Shown here: in pieces, positions 10,301 to 20,576 of the stretch
How the letters are laid out: each line of letters begins with the position of its first letter
How positions within the stretch are numbered: position 1 is the first letter of the stretch
Assembly (NCBI GenBank): GCA_963725665.1
Contig: CAVRZA010000006.1
Span: forward strand, 224,001-288,000
Direction of reading: 5' to 3'
Length of the DNA stretch: 64,000 nt
Source of the DNA: an uncultured Actinomycetes bacterium
GTDB lineage: Bacteria; Actinomycetota; Thermoleophilia; UBA2241
Notes under the pieces: generated by a model
What the model was told of the DNA's origin: nothing
What the model saw: only the letters and a program-made list of their open reading frames with translations
Databases searched by the model: none
Program-made: the position numbers and the translations under genes

Positions 10301-11910
10301 AGCCCGGCGAGGGCGGCCAGCTCCCCGGCGACAAGGTCACGCCGTTCATCGCGCGTCTGCGCGGCGCGACGCCAGGCACGACCCTGATCTCCCCCCCACC
10401 GCACCACGACATCTACTCCATCGAGGACCTCGCGCAGCTCATCTTCGACCTGCGCCGCGTCAACCCAGCCGCGTCGATCTGCGTCAAGCTCGCCGCCGGA
10501 CCCGGAGTGGGGACCATCGCCGCCGGGGTCGCCAAGGCCGGCGCCGACGTGATCCACATCGCCGGGCACAGCGGGGGCACGGCCGCCGCGGCGCTCAACT
10601 CGATCAAACACACGGGGATCCCCTGGGAGCTGGGGCTGACGGAGACGCACCGACAGCTTTCGCGCACCCGTCTGCGCACACGCGTCTCGCTGCGGGTCGA
10701 TGGCGACCTGCGCACGGGACGCGACGTCGTCGCCGCGGCCGCCATGGGGGCGCAGGAGTTCGCCTTCGGCTCGGTGGCGATGATGGCGGAGGGGTGCATC
10801 ATGGCCCGTGTCTGCCACACCAACGACTGCCCGGCCGGAGTGGCCACGCAGCGTGAGGATCTGCGCCGCCGGTTCGCGGCTACGCCGGAGCACGTCGTGA
10901 ACCTCTTTCGCTTTATCGCCGAGGACGTGCGCGCGCTGCTCGCCGCGCTGGGCTTCCGCTCCCTCGAGGAGCTGATCGGGCGCAGCGACCTGCTCGCAGC
11001 GCGCGCCGACCGCCGTCTCACCAAGACGGCCGCGATCGACACGAGCTGGCTGAGCGACGCCGGCGATAGCGACGATCCTTTCGCCCTCGACGCAGGCGCC
11101 TCTGCCGCCGACCCCGCGACCCCGCGTACACCCGCAGCGGCGAGTGAGCCGCAACTGGACGAGGCGATCGCCACGCACCCGCGCGTGCGCGCAGCAGTCG
11201 AGACTCACGGGCGAGCGCACCTCGTCCGGTCCGTGGCCAACACCGACCGCTCCGTGGGTGCCGGCCTCGCCGGCCGCATCGCCGCCCTCCACGGGGACCG
11301 GGGGTTCGAGGGCGATATCGCCGTCGAGCTGTCGGGCACGGCCGGTCAGAGCTTCGGCGCCTTCCTGCTTGCGGGCATGCGCTTCCGACTCGTCGGCGAT
11401 GCCAACGACTACGTCGGCAAGGGCATGGCCGGAGGCGAGATCGTCCTCGTGCCTCCGGGGGACGCCGCCTTCGACCCGTCGCGCAGCCTCATCGCCGGCA
11501 ACACCTGTCTCTACGGCGCCACGGGCGGCAGTCTCTTCGCCCACGGTCTCGTGGGGCAGCGCTTCGCGGTGCGCAACTCCGGCGCCAGCGCGGTCGTCGA
11601 GGGTGCGGGTCATCACTGCTGCGAGTACATGACCGCCGGCACCGTCGTGGTCCTCGGCGAGGTCGGCCCCAACGCGTGCGCGGGCATGACGGGAGGCCTC
11701 GCCTTCCTTCTCGACGAGGACGGCACCGCCGCTTACCGGGTCAACCTGGAGACCGTGACCTTGAGAGCCGTCGCCGGCAGTCACTTCGAGGGCGAGCTGC
11801 GCGAGCGGGTCGCGCAGCATTTGGAGCGCACGGACAGCCCACGGGCCGGGGCCGCGCTCGCGTCGTGGGATCGTTTCGTCGCTACCTGCCGCGTCGTCGT
11901 TCCTCGCTGA
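7344..11910 (+). CDS. gltB: glutamate synthase large subunit, ferredoxin-dependent type; split by a frameshift near 8430
   Basis: CGVGF amidotransferase start, HNGEIN, FAQVTNPPIDP, GGMSLGALS, QGAKPGEGGQLPG, CIMARVCHTNDC; ORFs 7344-(8430) and 8434-11910 are contiguous halves. Confidence 0.9.
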
Positions 11911-12152
11911 GGGCCGACCACTGACGAGCTGACGCGCAGCCCTACGATTCCCGCGCACGCCTGCGCATCAACGTGACCGGCGGGCATGCGCCAGCTTGCG
12001 CCACGCCGACGACCTCGAAGCCGTGACGCTCACAGAAAGGAATGGTGTGTGGATTAGGGGCTTCGAGGTAGGCGGGCCGGTGACTCGCGTCGACGATCCT
12101 GAGGCAATGCTCCATCAACTGACCACCGAGGCCCCTTCCCTGCAGAGCGGCG

Positions 12153-12566
12153 TCAGGCGATGGCCTCGACGACCTGCTTGAAGGCCTCGAGATCGGACTC
12201 GACGCGCCTCCTCATCCAGTGGCGCACGGTGTCGGCTTTGCCATGCCAAGTGGCGGGGTCGTACTCGAGCTGGTAGTGCACTCGCGTGCTGCCAGCGTCG
12301 ATCTTCTCGAAGCGCACTTGGCCCGTCTCGCGACCGTCCAGGGCATGCCACGTGATGCGTTCCTCGGGGATGTGCTCGATAAGGTCTGCGTCCCACTCCA
12401 CCACATCTTCATCAAAGAAGGCGGCCCAGCGCATTCGGCCCTCTTCGAAGAGGTGTACGTGCTCGACGACATCCATGAACTTGGGGTAGTCCTCGAAGAC
12501 GGTCCACAGTTCGTACACGCGACGGATCTCGGCCCTGACCTCGACAGTCTTGTCGACGAAGGCCAT
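12153..12566 (-). CDS. SRPBCC / polyketide cyclase-dehydrase family protein
   Basis: VYELWTVFEDYPKFM...WDA...PEERITW...DLEAFKQ pattern; RBS GAGGAG. Confidence 0.88.
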   Translation of the reverse strand: MAFVDKTVEVRAEIRRVYELWTVFEDYPKFMDVVEHVHLFEEGRMRWAAFFDEDVVEWDADLIEHIPEERITWHALDGRETGQVRFEKIDAGSTRVHYQLEYDPATWHGKADTVRHWMRRRVESDLEAFKQVVEAIA

Positions 12567-12926
12567 GTCGCTCTCCTCTCAGCGAAGACGCGGGGTGGCA
12601 GGAGTGCAAGCCAACACGAGACTACCCGTACGCTCCTTCTTCCACTCTCTGCCGGGAAGCTCAGCCCGTTCGAGATCGTCGCCATCGTCGCGGTGATGAT
12701 CGCCGCCGCGGGGGCGAGCTGGACCGGGGCGAAGTCCCGGCTCAGGTGCCCACCGTGGTGCTCGATGACGTGCCCGTTGATGAGGACCCGGCCGGCGGGA
12801 CGTAGGGCGTCCGGTCCAGCCACATAACACCCAGTTGTGTCTGGCCGGGAAACCGTGCCGTGTGCTGGCGGTTCTCTCGTCCCGCCGACGCAAGGCCGAC
12901 GCAGCTGAGCTTCAAGGCACGTCCGC

Positions 12927-13275
12927 TTAGCCGATGACCAGACAATGCAGCCACACGGCCTCGGCTCGCCGCGTGGAGCCCTCAAGTCCATCGAGACCGA
13001 TGCTCTCAAGATAGTGCATCGCGCTCGCCGAGAGATTGGGTCGCACGGGCTCGCCTGCCTCGAGAAGATCGATCTGCGAGTCGTCGGCTCGCAGCAGCTC
13101 CAGCGGAATCAAGTAGGCGTCCTTGTGGAGAGCGTGCTGATCGGCAAGTGAGCTACTCATGCAGAAGGCCGCGCCGTCCATGACTTTCGGAGCTCGGCAA
13201 CGAGCCATGAGGAAGCGGCTCTCGGAGGCGGCGCGTTGGACTAGGGCTGGTCGAGACTCGTTCCACGTAGGCGGA
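12927..13275 (-). pseudogene. internal fragment of a Type ISP restriction-modification enzyme (C-terminal specificity region)
   Basis: WNESRP...PNLSASAMHYL...VWLHCLVIG resembles Type ISP C-terminal region from memory; truncated at both ends. Confidence 0.55.
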
Positions 13276-13439
13276 CAGTCAACGTTGGGGGAAGGGCCAG
13301 CACAGACCTGAACACCGAGCCGGCTGCGCGACGCTACGGGAGGTGCGCCAGACCCCCACAGACCACTTTGATGCCGCACTGAGCCACCCTCGCCGACCCA
13401 ATGTCGACGGGAAGTGAGCGTGCCCGGAGGCCGGCGAAG

Positions 13440-14081
13440 CTACTCCCAGTACTCGGGCGGGTGGCGTACCGCCTCATCGGCGGCGGCCAGGTCGAACTCC
13501 TCGGGCTGGAAGTAGGGACACCAGGCGCGCAGCTCGGCGTACTCGTCGTGGGCCGGGTCGGCGAGAACCTCGAGGAGATGCGCATAGCCCCAAACCCCGC
13601 CGCAGTCCTCCGGCGGTGCTGCGCGGCGGCCGGCCGTGCAGCGTGGGTAGGTCAGCGCCGCCTCGGCAGCGCGCACGTCTTCCACCTGCACCAGGTGGCG
13701 CCAGTCGTCGCCGAAGTCGTAGCGGTAGAGGAAGCGCCTCTCGCCGCTGGCCAGTCCCTGCGCGAGGGTGACGCGAGCCTCGTCCTCCAGCGGCAGCGGC
13801 ACAAGGAGGCCCGCACGCTGCGGGTCAAGCTGGGGAAAGAGGTGGTGCAGCTCCTCGGGCGCCGCTGGCGCCCAGTCATCCTCGTCGGGATCGGGCATGC
13901 CGATGCGCCGGCGGCCGACCTCGAACTCGTGCAGGTGGGAGTTGGTCCAGCCGAAGGCGGCCAGGATGACGTCGCTCAGGCGCGCGAAGGTGAAGTCCAG
14001 GGGCACCTCGAGGCGCCGCCAGATGGGCGGCCGGATGTCCTTCACGGTCACCTTGATGCGCGCGATCTCTGCTCCTGCCAC
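13440..14081 (-). CDS. plasmid pRiA4b ORF-3 family protein
   Basis: PPIWRRL, AFGWTNSHLHEF, YRYDFGDDW, PPEDCGGVWGY. Confidence 0.92.
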   Translation of the reverse strand: MAGAEIARIKVTVKDIRPPIWRRLEVPLDFTFARLSDVILAAFGWTNSHLHEFEVGRRRIGMPDPDEDDWAPAAPEELHHLFPQLDPQRAGLLVPLPLEDEARVTLAQGLASGERRFLYRYDFGDDWRHLVQVEDVRAAEAALTYPRCTAGRRAAPPEDCGGVWGYAHLLEVLADPAHDEYAELRAWCPYFQPEEFDLAAADEAVRHPPEYWE

Positions 14082-14321
14082 GGTGCCCTTCCCCCAGCTC
14101 GCGTGCGCCGACTACGCCAGCGATTCTACCCCGGCCGATGCGCGAGCGCAGGCGAGACTGCCCGAGCGCCGATTCCCGCTGCACTGAGCCGCCGGGGCCT
14201 ATCGAAGCGACGCACCACAGCGGTTCGCCGCGGTGCTCTTTTCCGTGCCTTCGGTGCGCCCATCTGCGTTGCTGGATGTCTTGACCAGAGCCATGGTGTT
14301 CTACAAAAAGAGGAGAGCGCC

Positions 14322-15158
14322 ATGCAGGGTCACATCCGCAGGAGGGGCAAGGCCAGTTTCGAGTACATCGTCGATGTTGGCATCTCGCCGGCGCAGCGCT
14401 GCCAGGCTTGTGGCAAGAGGTTCCGGGTCGAGCGCAAGGCCGAGGAGAGCTGCCCCTCCTGCGGCGGCAGGCTTCTCGAGACCGAGGAGCGCCGCAGAGA
14501 GACCAGGGCCGGCTTCAAGACGAGAAGGGAAGCCCAAGCGGCCATGGCCAGGGTGCTCGTGGCGGTCGAGGAACGAAGCTACGTCGTTCCCACCAAGGTC
14601 ACCGTGCGCGAGTACCTGCAGAAGGAGTGGCTACCCTCGATCGAGGCCACCATCAGACCGACCACCTACCGCTCCTACGTGCAGCACGTCGACTGTCACA
14701 TCGTGCCCCACATCGGCAACGTGCGGCTCGAGAAGCTCAGGGGCGCCACCATCAAAGGCTTGTACGCCAAGCTTGCCCAGAGCGGCAAGAAGAACGGCAC
14801 CAGCGGCCTCTCCGCGCTCTCCATCCGCCACGTGCACGCTGTCCTGCATCGGGCGCTCAGCTGGACCGATACTGGGCTCATCTTCACGCGCGACGATGGC
14901 AAGGCCTTGCACCCCGAGGTCGTGAGCCGGTTCTTTCGTCGGGCCGTGAAGAAGGCTACGTTGCCGGCGATCAGGCTGCACGACCTTAGGCACGCCCATG
15001 CCACCCTGGCCTTGCGGGCCGGCATTCATCTCAAGGTCGTCAGAGAGCGCCTCGGGCATGCCACCATCTCAATCACGCTCGACACCTACTCGCACGCCAT
15101 CCCGGCGATGCAGGAGGAGGCGGCGGCGAGGATCACAAGCCTTGTACTCAGAAGCTGA
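14322..15158 (+). pseudogene. tyrosine integrase with an in-frame internal deletion removing box I
   Basis: Near-identical to 45787-47020, but LHRAL joins directly to SWTDTG (junction ~14860); HDLRH and LGH...Y retained, GLRRGE lost. Confidence 0.88.
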
Positions 15159-15495
15159 TCACCTTGTCGCTTGCGTGCACCACCCTCGCGAAGTCATGGA
15201 TGTTGCCGCTCACCACCCCCTCGATGAGGTCGGATTCCCGCAGGCCGCGGGTCTGGCAGCAGGTGCCGCACAAGGTGACGTCGACGCCCTTCTCGATGAG
15301 CTCGATCAGCAGCGCCTCCAAGGACGCATGCGCACCTCGCGGGTCCTGGCCTTGGCGCGCCACGTTCACGGCGTCACCCATGAAGAGCAGCTCCACGGTC
15401 TCCCCGGCCAGCTCCAGGGCCTGGGCAAGGCGCAGGGCGTTGAACGGCTGCTCCGTCCCGTAGGGCGACGCATTGACGAGCATGGCGACTGACAT
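15148..15495 (-). CDS. DsrE/YchN family sulfur-relay protein
   Basis: SPYGTE...LRLA...LMGDAV...CGTC..RG...SDKVISF. Confidence 0.88.
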   Translation of the reverse strand: MSVAMLVNASPYGTEQPFNALRLAQALELAGETVELLFMGDAVNVARQGQDPRGAHASLEALLIELIEKGVDVTLCGTCCQTRGLRESDLIEGVVSGNIHDFARVVHASDKVISF

Positions 15496-15587
15496 TCTTT
15501 CTCCCTTCGAGAGTCAGCCACCTCGGCCGACTCAGACCAAGTTGCGTTTCCGACTGTGGCACAGCGGTCTCTGCACAACGTCCGTAC

Positions 15588-16340
15588 CTAGGCGGGGTCG
15601 CACATTGCGCGCAGCGCTGCTCCCAGGGCGCCGACTGTCTGCGGGTCCGGCGCAACCAGCACCTCGCCGTCCATGCCGGCGCCGATAAGCTCCACCAAGG
15701 CAGGGTTGCGGGCGCCGCCGCCGGCGAAGAGCAGTGGCGGCTCGGCGCGTACGCGCCGCAGGGCGGAGAGCGTGCGCCGTGCGACCCCCTCATGCAGGCC
15801 GCGGGCGATGCTGTCGCGCGGCTCGCCGCGATGCAGCAGCCCGATGACCTCGCTCTCTGCGAACACCGTGCACATCGAGCTGACGGTGGCCGCGTCCTTC
15901 GAAGCGAGAGCCGCCTCGCCGAGCTCGTCGATCTCGCAGCCCAGCGCCTTGGCCATCACCTCCAGGAAACGGCCGGTGCCAGCCGCGCACTTGTCGTTCA
16001 TCTCGAAGTCGAGCACGCGGCCCGCGGGACCGAGGCGGATCACCTTGGTGTCCTGGCCGCCGATGTCGAGGATTGAGCGCACCTCCGGGAAGAGGCGGGT
16101 GGCGCCCAGCGCGTAGGCGGTGATCTCCGTGGTGACCTCAGCGCCGAAGCGCTCCGCCGCGGCGTGGCGGCCGTAGCCGGTGGCGACCACGCGGTCGACG
16201 ACCGCACGGTCGACCAGCCGCGCGGCGACCTCCTGCGGCTCGACGCCGACGTCGAGGACGGCGCGGTCCACCACCACGCCGTCCTTGAGCCACACGGCGT
16301 CCACCGTCCGCGAGCCGACGTCCAGACCCAGGACGCGCAT
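15588..16340 (-). CDS. CoA-substrate-specific enzyme activase (HgdC-like ATPase, double-cubane reductase partner)
   Basis: GLDVGS, ATGYGR, DIGGQDTK, MNDKCAAGTGRF, CTVFAESE. Confidence 0.92.
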   Translation of the reverse strand: MRVLGLDVGSRTVDAVWLKDGVVVDRAVLDVGVEPQEVAARLVDRAVVDRVVATGYGRHAAAERFGAEVTTEITAYALGATRLFPEVRSILDIGGQDTKVIRLGPAGRVLDFEMNDKCAAGTGRFLEVMAKALGCEIDELGEAALASKDAATVSSMCTVFAESEVIGLLHRGEPRDSIARGLHEGVARRTLSALRRVRAEPPLLFAGGGARNPALVELIGAGMDGEVLVAPDPQTVGALGAALRAMCDPA

Positions 16341-17626
16341 CAGGCTGTCAGCATTTCGAGGAACGCCTCGACACGCGTCGCCAACTGACCGACGTCCTCC
16401 ATCGAGTAGTCGGTATCCACGCGGAGTACGGGGATGCGGGCCTGCTCGGCGGCGCGCTCGACCGAGGTCGCCTCGATCTGGTAAGGGGCGCAGAACTGCA
16501 GCGCGTAGTGCAGAATGCCGTCGGCCTTGTACTCCTTGGCCAGCCGGAGCACGTCCTCAATGCGGCCAGGGTTGGGCGTGAAGCAGGCGCAGTTGATGTC
16601 GAGGTACTTCTCGGCGATGTCGTCGAGCAGGCCCTCGACACTGGTCGCGTCCACCACGACGAGCTTCTCGTAGTAGCGCGAGCCGGTGCAGAGCTCCTCA
16701 GAGACGACGATCCCGCCGGCCTTCTCGACCAGGTCGTGGACCTTCCAGTTGGGGATGCTCATCGGGCTGCCGGTGATGAGCACGCGCGGCGCGTCGGCGG
16801 GCGCCACGCCGTGGCCGGCGGCCACGCGCTGCTCGAGCTCGTCGGCGATCTTCTCAACCATCTGCGTGAAGCGCGGCACGTCGTCGTAGAAAGCAACCTG
16901 GACGGCGAGCAACGCGTCCTTGCCGCTGATCGGCGCCGGCGACGCGACGCGCGCGGCGTTGAGCCGCTGGAGCGCGCGGCGCTTGTCGTTCACTTCCTTG
17001 GTCGCCTTCTGCAGCGCTTCGAACGTGAGCGCGCGGCCGCTGACCTCCTCGAGCTTGGCAACGAGGCCGTCCAGCTCGCCGCGCCAGAGCTCGAGGTCCT
17101 GCGGCCGCTTCATCTGCGGCAGCTCCATCACGTAGACGGGAGCGAGGTCGCCGAAGAGCTCGTAGGCCTTCTTCTTGCCGTCGCAGGTGGTCTCGCCGAT
17201 CACCAGGTCGGCCGACTCGACGTAGGGGCAAACCTTGCCCATCTTGAAGCCCATGGCCGACTTGATGAGGGCGCACGTGTTCCTCGGCAGCAGCTGCTCG
17301 ACCTGGTCGTAGGCCCACTCGGCGCCGGCGCAGAGACCGACCGAGAGCCCTCCGAGTGCGCGGATGATCTCCTCCGGCACGTAGAGGCAGAAGGTGCCGA
17401 TGACGGTGCCGCCGGCGGCCTTGTGGTCCTGAAGTTCCTTGATGCGCAGCCCGTGGATCTCGCTCATCACGAAGTCGAAGTAGGCCATGCCCTCCGGTCG
17501 GCCTTGCTGGCCGAGATAGGCGTCGGCGTAGAGCTGGGGGATAGCCGCCAGGAGCGTGTCGTGGGCCTCGAGATCGAGACCGAGCTCGGTCCACATGGAG
17601 CGGTAGTCGATGGTGGGCTCGCTCAT
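16340..17626 (-). CDS. double-cubane cluster anaerobic reductase / 2-hydroxyacyl-CoA dehydratase family
   Basis: GTFCLYVPEE, LC, NTCALIKS, CPY, ETTCDGKKK, ELCTG, CACF, QFC, TDYS, RVEAFLE. Confidence 0.88.
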   Translation of the reverse strand: MSEPTIDYRSMWTELGLDLEAHDTLLAAIPQLYADAYLGQQGRPEGMAYFDFVMSEIHGLRIKELQDHKAAGGTVIGTFCLYVPEEIIRALGGLSVGLCAGAEWAYDQVEQLLPRNTCALIKSAMGFKMGKVCPYVESADLVIGETTCDGKKKAYELFGDLAPVYVMELPQMKRPQDLELWRGELDGLVAKLEEVSGRALTFEALQKATKEVNDKRRALQRLNAARVASPAPISGKDALLAVQVAFYDDVPRFTQMVEKIADELEQRVAAGHGVAPADAPRVLITGSPMSIPNWKVHDLVEKAGGIVVSEELCTGSRYYEKLVVVDATSVEGLLDDIAEKYLDINCACFTPNPGRIEDVLRLAKEYKADGILHYALQFCAPYQIEATSVERAAEQARIPVLRVDTDYSMEDVGQLATRVEAFLEMLTA

Positions 17627-17639
17627 GCGATGTCCTTTC

Positions 17640-17841
17640 CTGTAGGGCGCCGCAGAGCGGAGAGCGAGCCGCCTCGCCGTCGGGTGAAGGCAGCGGTTCT
17701 AAGTCACAACGAACTCGCGGCGCCGATGAACGGGGAGCCCGGACCGGGCTCCTGCCAGGGACGCCGCTGGGCGGCGACCGTGGCGGCACACGAGACTCAG
17801 ATCCGGCCTTGTGCCGGAATCGTCACGTCATGGAACGCCAT
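17640..17841 (-). pseudogene. HMA/CopZ-like small protein with in-frame UGA (U-V-S-C), frameshifted after the motif; candidate selenoprotein
   Basis: RBS AAGGAGGT then MAFHDVTIPAQGRI*VSCAATV; shifted frame continues SGVPG...VRCD...SPD like an HMA C-terminus. Confidence 0.5.
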
Positions 17842-18031
17842 GGTCACCTCCTTTCGCCTCTCGGACCCGCAAAGCATAGCAGGGAGGGCGACCAGTAACG
17901 GCCGCAAACAAGAGGGAGGGCCTCCCGCCACCGCCTGGTGGAGTTCGCATGTCGGCGCGAACGTCGGCAATCGGGGTCAAGGACGGAGAAGCAGCGACCT
18001 CCGAAAGGTCAGGTAGGCAGGCAGAAAGGCT

Positions 18032-18075
18032 TGGAGGCGGCGACCGGAGTCGAACCGGTGATGGAGGTTTTGCAG
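18032..18075 (-). repeat. tRNA-Cys(GCA) 3' half, att-like duplication
   Basis: Reverse complement CTGCAAAACCTCCATCACCGGTTCGACTCCGGTCGCCGCCTCCA; no D arm or 5' acceptor strand. Confidence 0.9.
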
Positions 18076-18200
18076 TGGTCATGGGCAAGGCCAGAGGAGG
18101 CTAGAAGAGGGTTATTCTTCAATTTGCCTCTGTTTTGAGAGTCGCGTCCATGGCCTGGGCGCGAACCGGAGCGAATGAGCAGACGCGGCCCACGATCGGG

Positions 18201-18785
18201 CTACCCTTCGTCGGGCACGTCTACGAGCGGCGGCGGGGCAAGCTGCGGACCGCGGCGCCGCAGGTTCTCCAGGGTCCTGCTGCCCGCGTTGGGGCGCCCA
18301 CAGTGGCAGATCTCGAGCCGCACGAGGGCGAGCAGGATCTTGTCGCCGCTCGCCACCGCGAGACCCTCCAGCTGACGCCACGCCCCGCTCTGCCACAACA
18401 GGCGCCCAGCCGCCCTGATGTGTGGGCGCGGATCGGAGCCCGGGGCTCCGCGAAGGGCTGCATCGTAGCCGTCGGATGGTGGACCCGCCACGAGGGCCGC
18501 GGTCCACTTATCCAGCGGCCTGTGCGGCAACGCGGCGAGCAAGGACGCGCGCCGGGCCGTGAGTCGCGCGATCTCGGAGAGCACCTCAAGGTCCTTGCGT
18601 CTCGCCTCGCGCTGGGCCTGAGCCTCGGACGGCTCCGCGGCGCCTGCCTTGGCGGCTGGGTTCGTTGTGGGCGCAGCGCCGAGCGCGTGTCTCCTCAGCG
18701 TGTGACTGACCTTGGCTTGTGCCGCGTGTGCCGTGCGCGCGGCGCGGCGCAGAGCGGCTGGCCTTGTGTGGTTTGGCTTGCTCAT
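18201..18785 (-). CDS. hypothetical protein
   Basis: ATG with a purine-rich upstream tract; no recognisable family. Confidence 0.4.
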   Translation of the reverse strand: MSKPNHTRPAALRRAARTAHAAQAKVSHTLRRHALGAAPTTNPAAKAGAAEPSEAQAQREARRKDLEVLSEIARLTARRASLLAALPHRPLDKWTAALVAGPPSDGYDAALRGAPGSDPRPHIRAAGRLLWQSGAWRQLEGLAVASGDKILLALVRLEICHCGRPNAGSRTLENLRRRGPQLAPPPLVDVPDEG

Positions 18786-18910
18786 TATCGGTTCTCTCTA
18801 TCGTAACTCTCCAGGCCGATCTGACCTGACCCCGTTCGTCGGTCCAGTTTCCCCGATAGAGCCGGAGTCCACTCGATGCCTGACTTGTCGCCCACCCGGA
18901 GAGGCTCCGG

Positions 18911-19090
18911 ATCCTCAACGATGTCGTTGGGACCCCGTTCTTCGTGCTTCAGCGCATGTTGCTGTGGGACGTGCTGCCCCAACTGGCAAGACTCGTAGAC
19001 TCGCCCCAGACCGGCCGGAGGCAGAATCTCACTCTGCAGTCACTGCCCTCACTCATCTCGGATGCGCGTCTCCGCAAGGCCGTCGAGGAC
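18911..19090 (+). pseudogene. fragment of an AbiU2-like HEPN protein
   Basis: ILND...FFVLQRMLLWDVL.QLARLVD.P..G..NLTL..LP resembles this family from memory; no start or C-terminus. Confidence 0.45.
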
Positions 19091-19318
19091 CACTCAGAAA
19101 CGGCCCCATGTAGTTCTGGAGGGGACTCCCTGTGCAGTCGCGGGTTGCAGGGTGGCTGCACTGTGACAGGGAGAGGGGAGGATCCCCCCTTCCCTCCACG
19201 CTCACTGAGGCGTCCCGATAACTACTTCGTTACTGCCCCGGCGGGGCGGTACGGGAGATGCCGAAGCCGGCGGCGGCGCTGATGACGTGGCCGCCCTCCG
19301 GCGCTCGTAGGGAAGCAC

Positions 19319-19897
19319 TCAGGAGCCTCCGGGCCCCATCTCCAGCTCTGCCTCCTTCTCGATCTCCTTCTCGGGAACCTCCGCCTCAACGAACTCGGCC
19401 TCGACGATCATCTTCACGTCGTCGCCGACCAAGCTGCCCGCCTCAGTCACGACATCCCAGTCCAAGCCGAAGTCGTGGCGGTTGAGTCGACCTTCGGCAC
19501 TCAGCCCAAGCCTGGTCGCGCCGAACGGGTCGACGACGGGACCCCGTATTTCGGCCTCCAGAGAGACCTCTCGCGTAAGGCCGCGGATGGTGAGGTCGCC
19601 GGTGACGCGGTAACGGTCGGAGGTCCGCCGCTCCACGGACTTCATCGCAAAGGTCATCGTGGGGAAGCGCTCCACGTCGAAGAAGTCGGCGGAGCGCAGA
19701 TGCGCATCGCGACGCGCCTCACGGGTGTCGAGGCTTGCCACGTCTACGGCGACCGTGCCACGCGACTTTGTCATGTCCTCTTGGTCTATGTCCGACTCGA
19801 CGGCGAACGCGGAGAAGGTTCCCTTGATGGTCGAGACGACCATGTGTCGCACCGCGAACTCGAGGCTGCTGTGAGCCGGGTCAATATCCCACGCCAT
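19319..19897 (-). CDS. YceI family protein
   Basis: WDIDPAHSS.EFAVRHM, RDAHLRSADFFD, GDLTIRG. Confidence 0.93.
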   Translation of the reverse strand: MAWDIDPAHSSLEFAVRHMVVSTIKGTFSAFAVESDIDQEDMTKSRGTVAVDVASLDTREARRDAHLRSADFFDVERFPTMTFAMKSVERRTSDRYRVTGDLTIRGLTREVSLEAEIRGPVVDPFGATRLGLSAEGRLNRHDFGLDWDVVTEAGSLVGDDVKMIVEAEFVEAEVPEKEIEKEAELEMGPGGS

Positions 19898-20282
19898 CGT
19901 GCCCCCTTCCTGTTTGTCGCGCCCTGAAGAGTACGGCCACTTTCGGAGAGGTTCTACCCTCCATGGCTGCGGTCGAAGCTACTGGGACGACGGGTCTTCG
20001 GGGGCCAGCAGCGCCGTGCCGGCATCCCAGGCCGGTACATCACGGCGGATCAGTGTGACCGAAGATCGTGCTGCAGGAGCCGACGTCGCCGATGCGCCTC
20101 CTGACAAGGGAGCGCGCATCAACAGGGAGATGAATGCGAGCCGTGCGACAACCCGTTCGCAAACAGACTGAGCGCGCGTTGGAGGACTTCGGTGGACGAC
20201 AGTGGGACATGCTTCTCAAAGAAGCCCTGTAAATGTCGGCTTCAGTGGTCCTCAATGGACCTGTGGCGGGCGTAGTAGTCAG

Positions 20283-20328
20283 CCTTGCACGGCGGAGGTC
20301 AGGGGTTCGACTCCCCTGCGGTCCACCA
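20283..20328 (+). repeat. tRNA-Ala(TGC) 3' half, att-like
   Basis: CCTTGCACGGCGGAGGTCAGGGGTTCGACTCCCCTGCGGTCCACCA; T arm, U70 and CCA present, 5' half absent. Confidence 0.85.
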
Positions 20329-20576
20329 ACCCACCCCGACGCTCGTGCGATTCTCCGTTGCCTTCCCGCGCTCTCTGACTTCTGAGACGGCCCAGAATAC
20401 CCCTCTATTTCTCAGAGCGCCTCGGAGATACCTTCCGTGGGTCACGGAAGGCCTCTCCGAAGTGAGGCGTAGGTGGATGTCAGCCCAGCGAGAGCGACAG
20501 CAAATGGCTCCGGTGTAGCGTTTGCTGCCTGGTCCGCAACGTTTGCTGATCGCATGATCGGAGAACACTGAACTCT

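Noticed and set aside
10087-11958. 623-aa antisense ORF and many similar long overlapping ORFs (e.g. 16508-18016, 40035-41507, 60458-61945)
   Set aside because: Shadow frames of real genes in high-GC DNA, with no family motifs
13401-14321. Long N-terminal extension of integrase 1 (585-aa ORF)
   Set aside because: Antisense to the pRiA4b ORF-3 gene; the real start with RBS is 14322, matching the paralog
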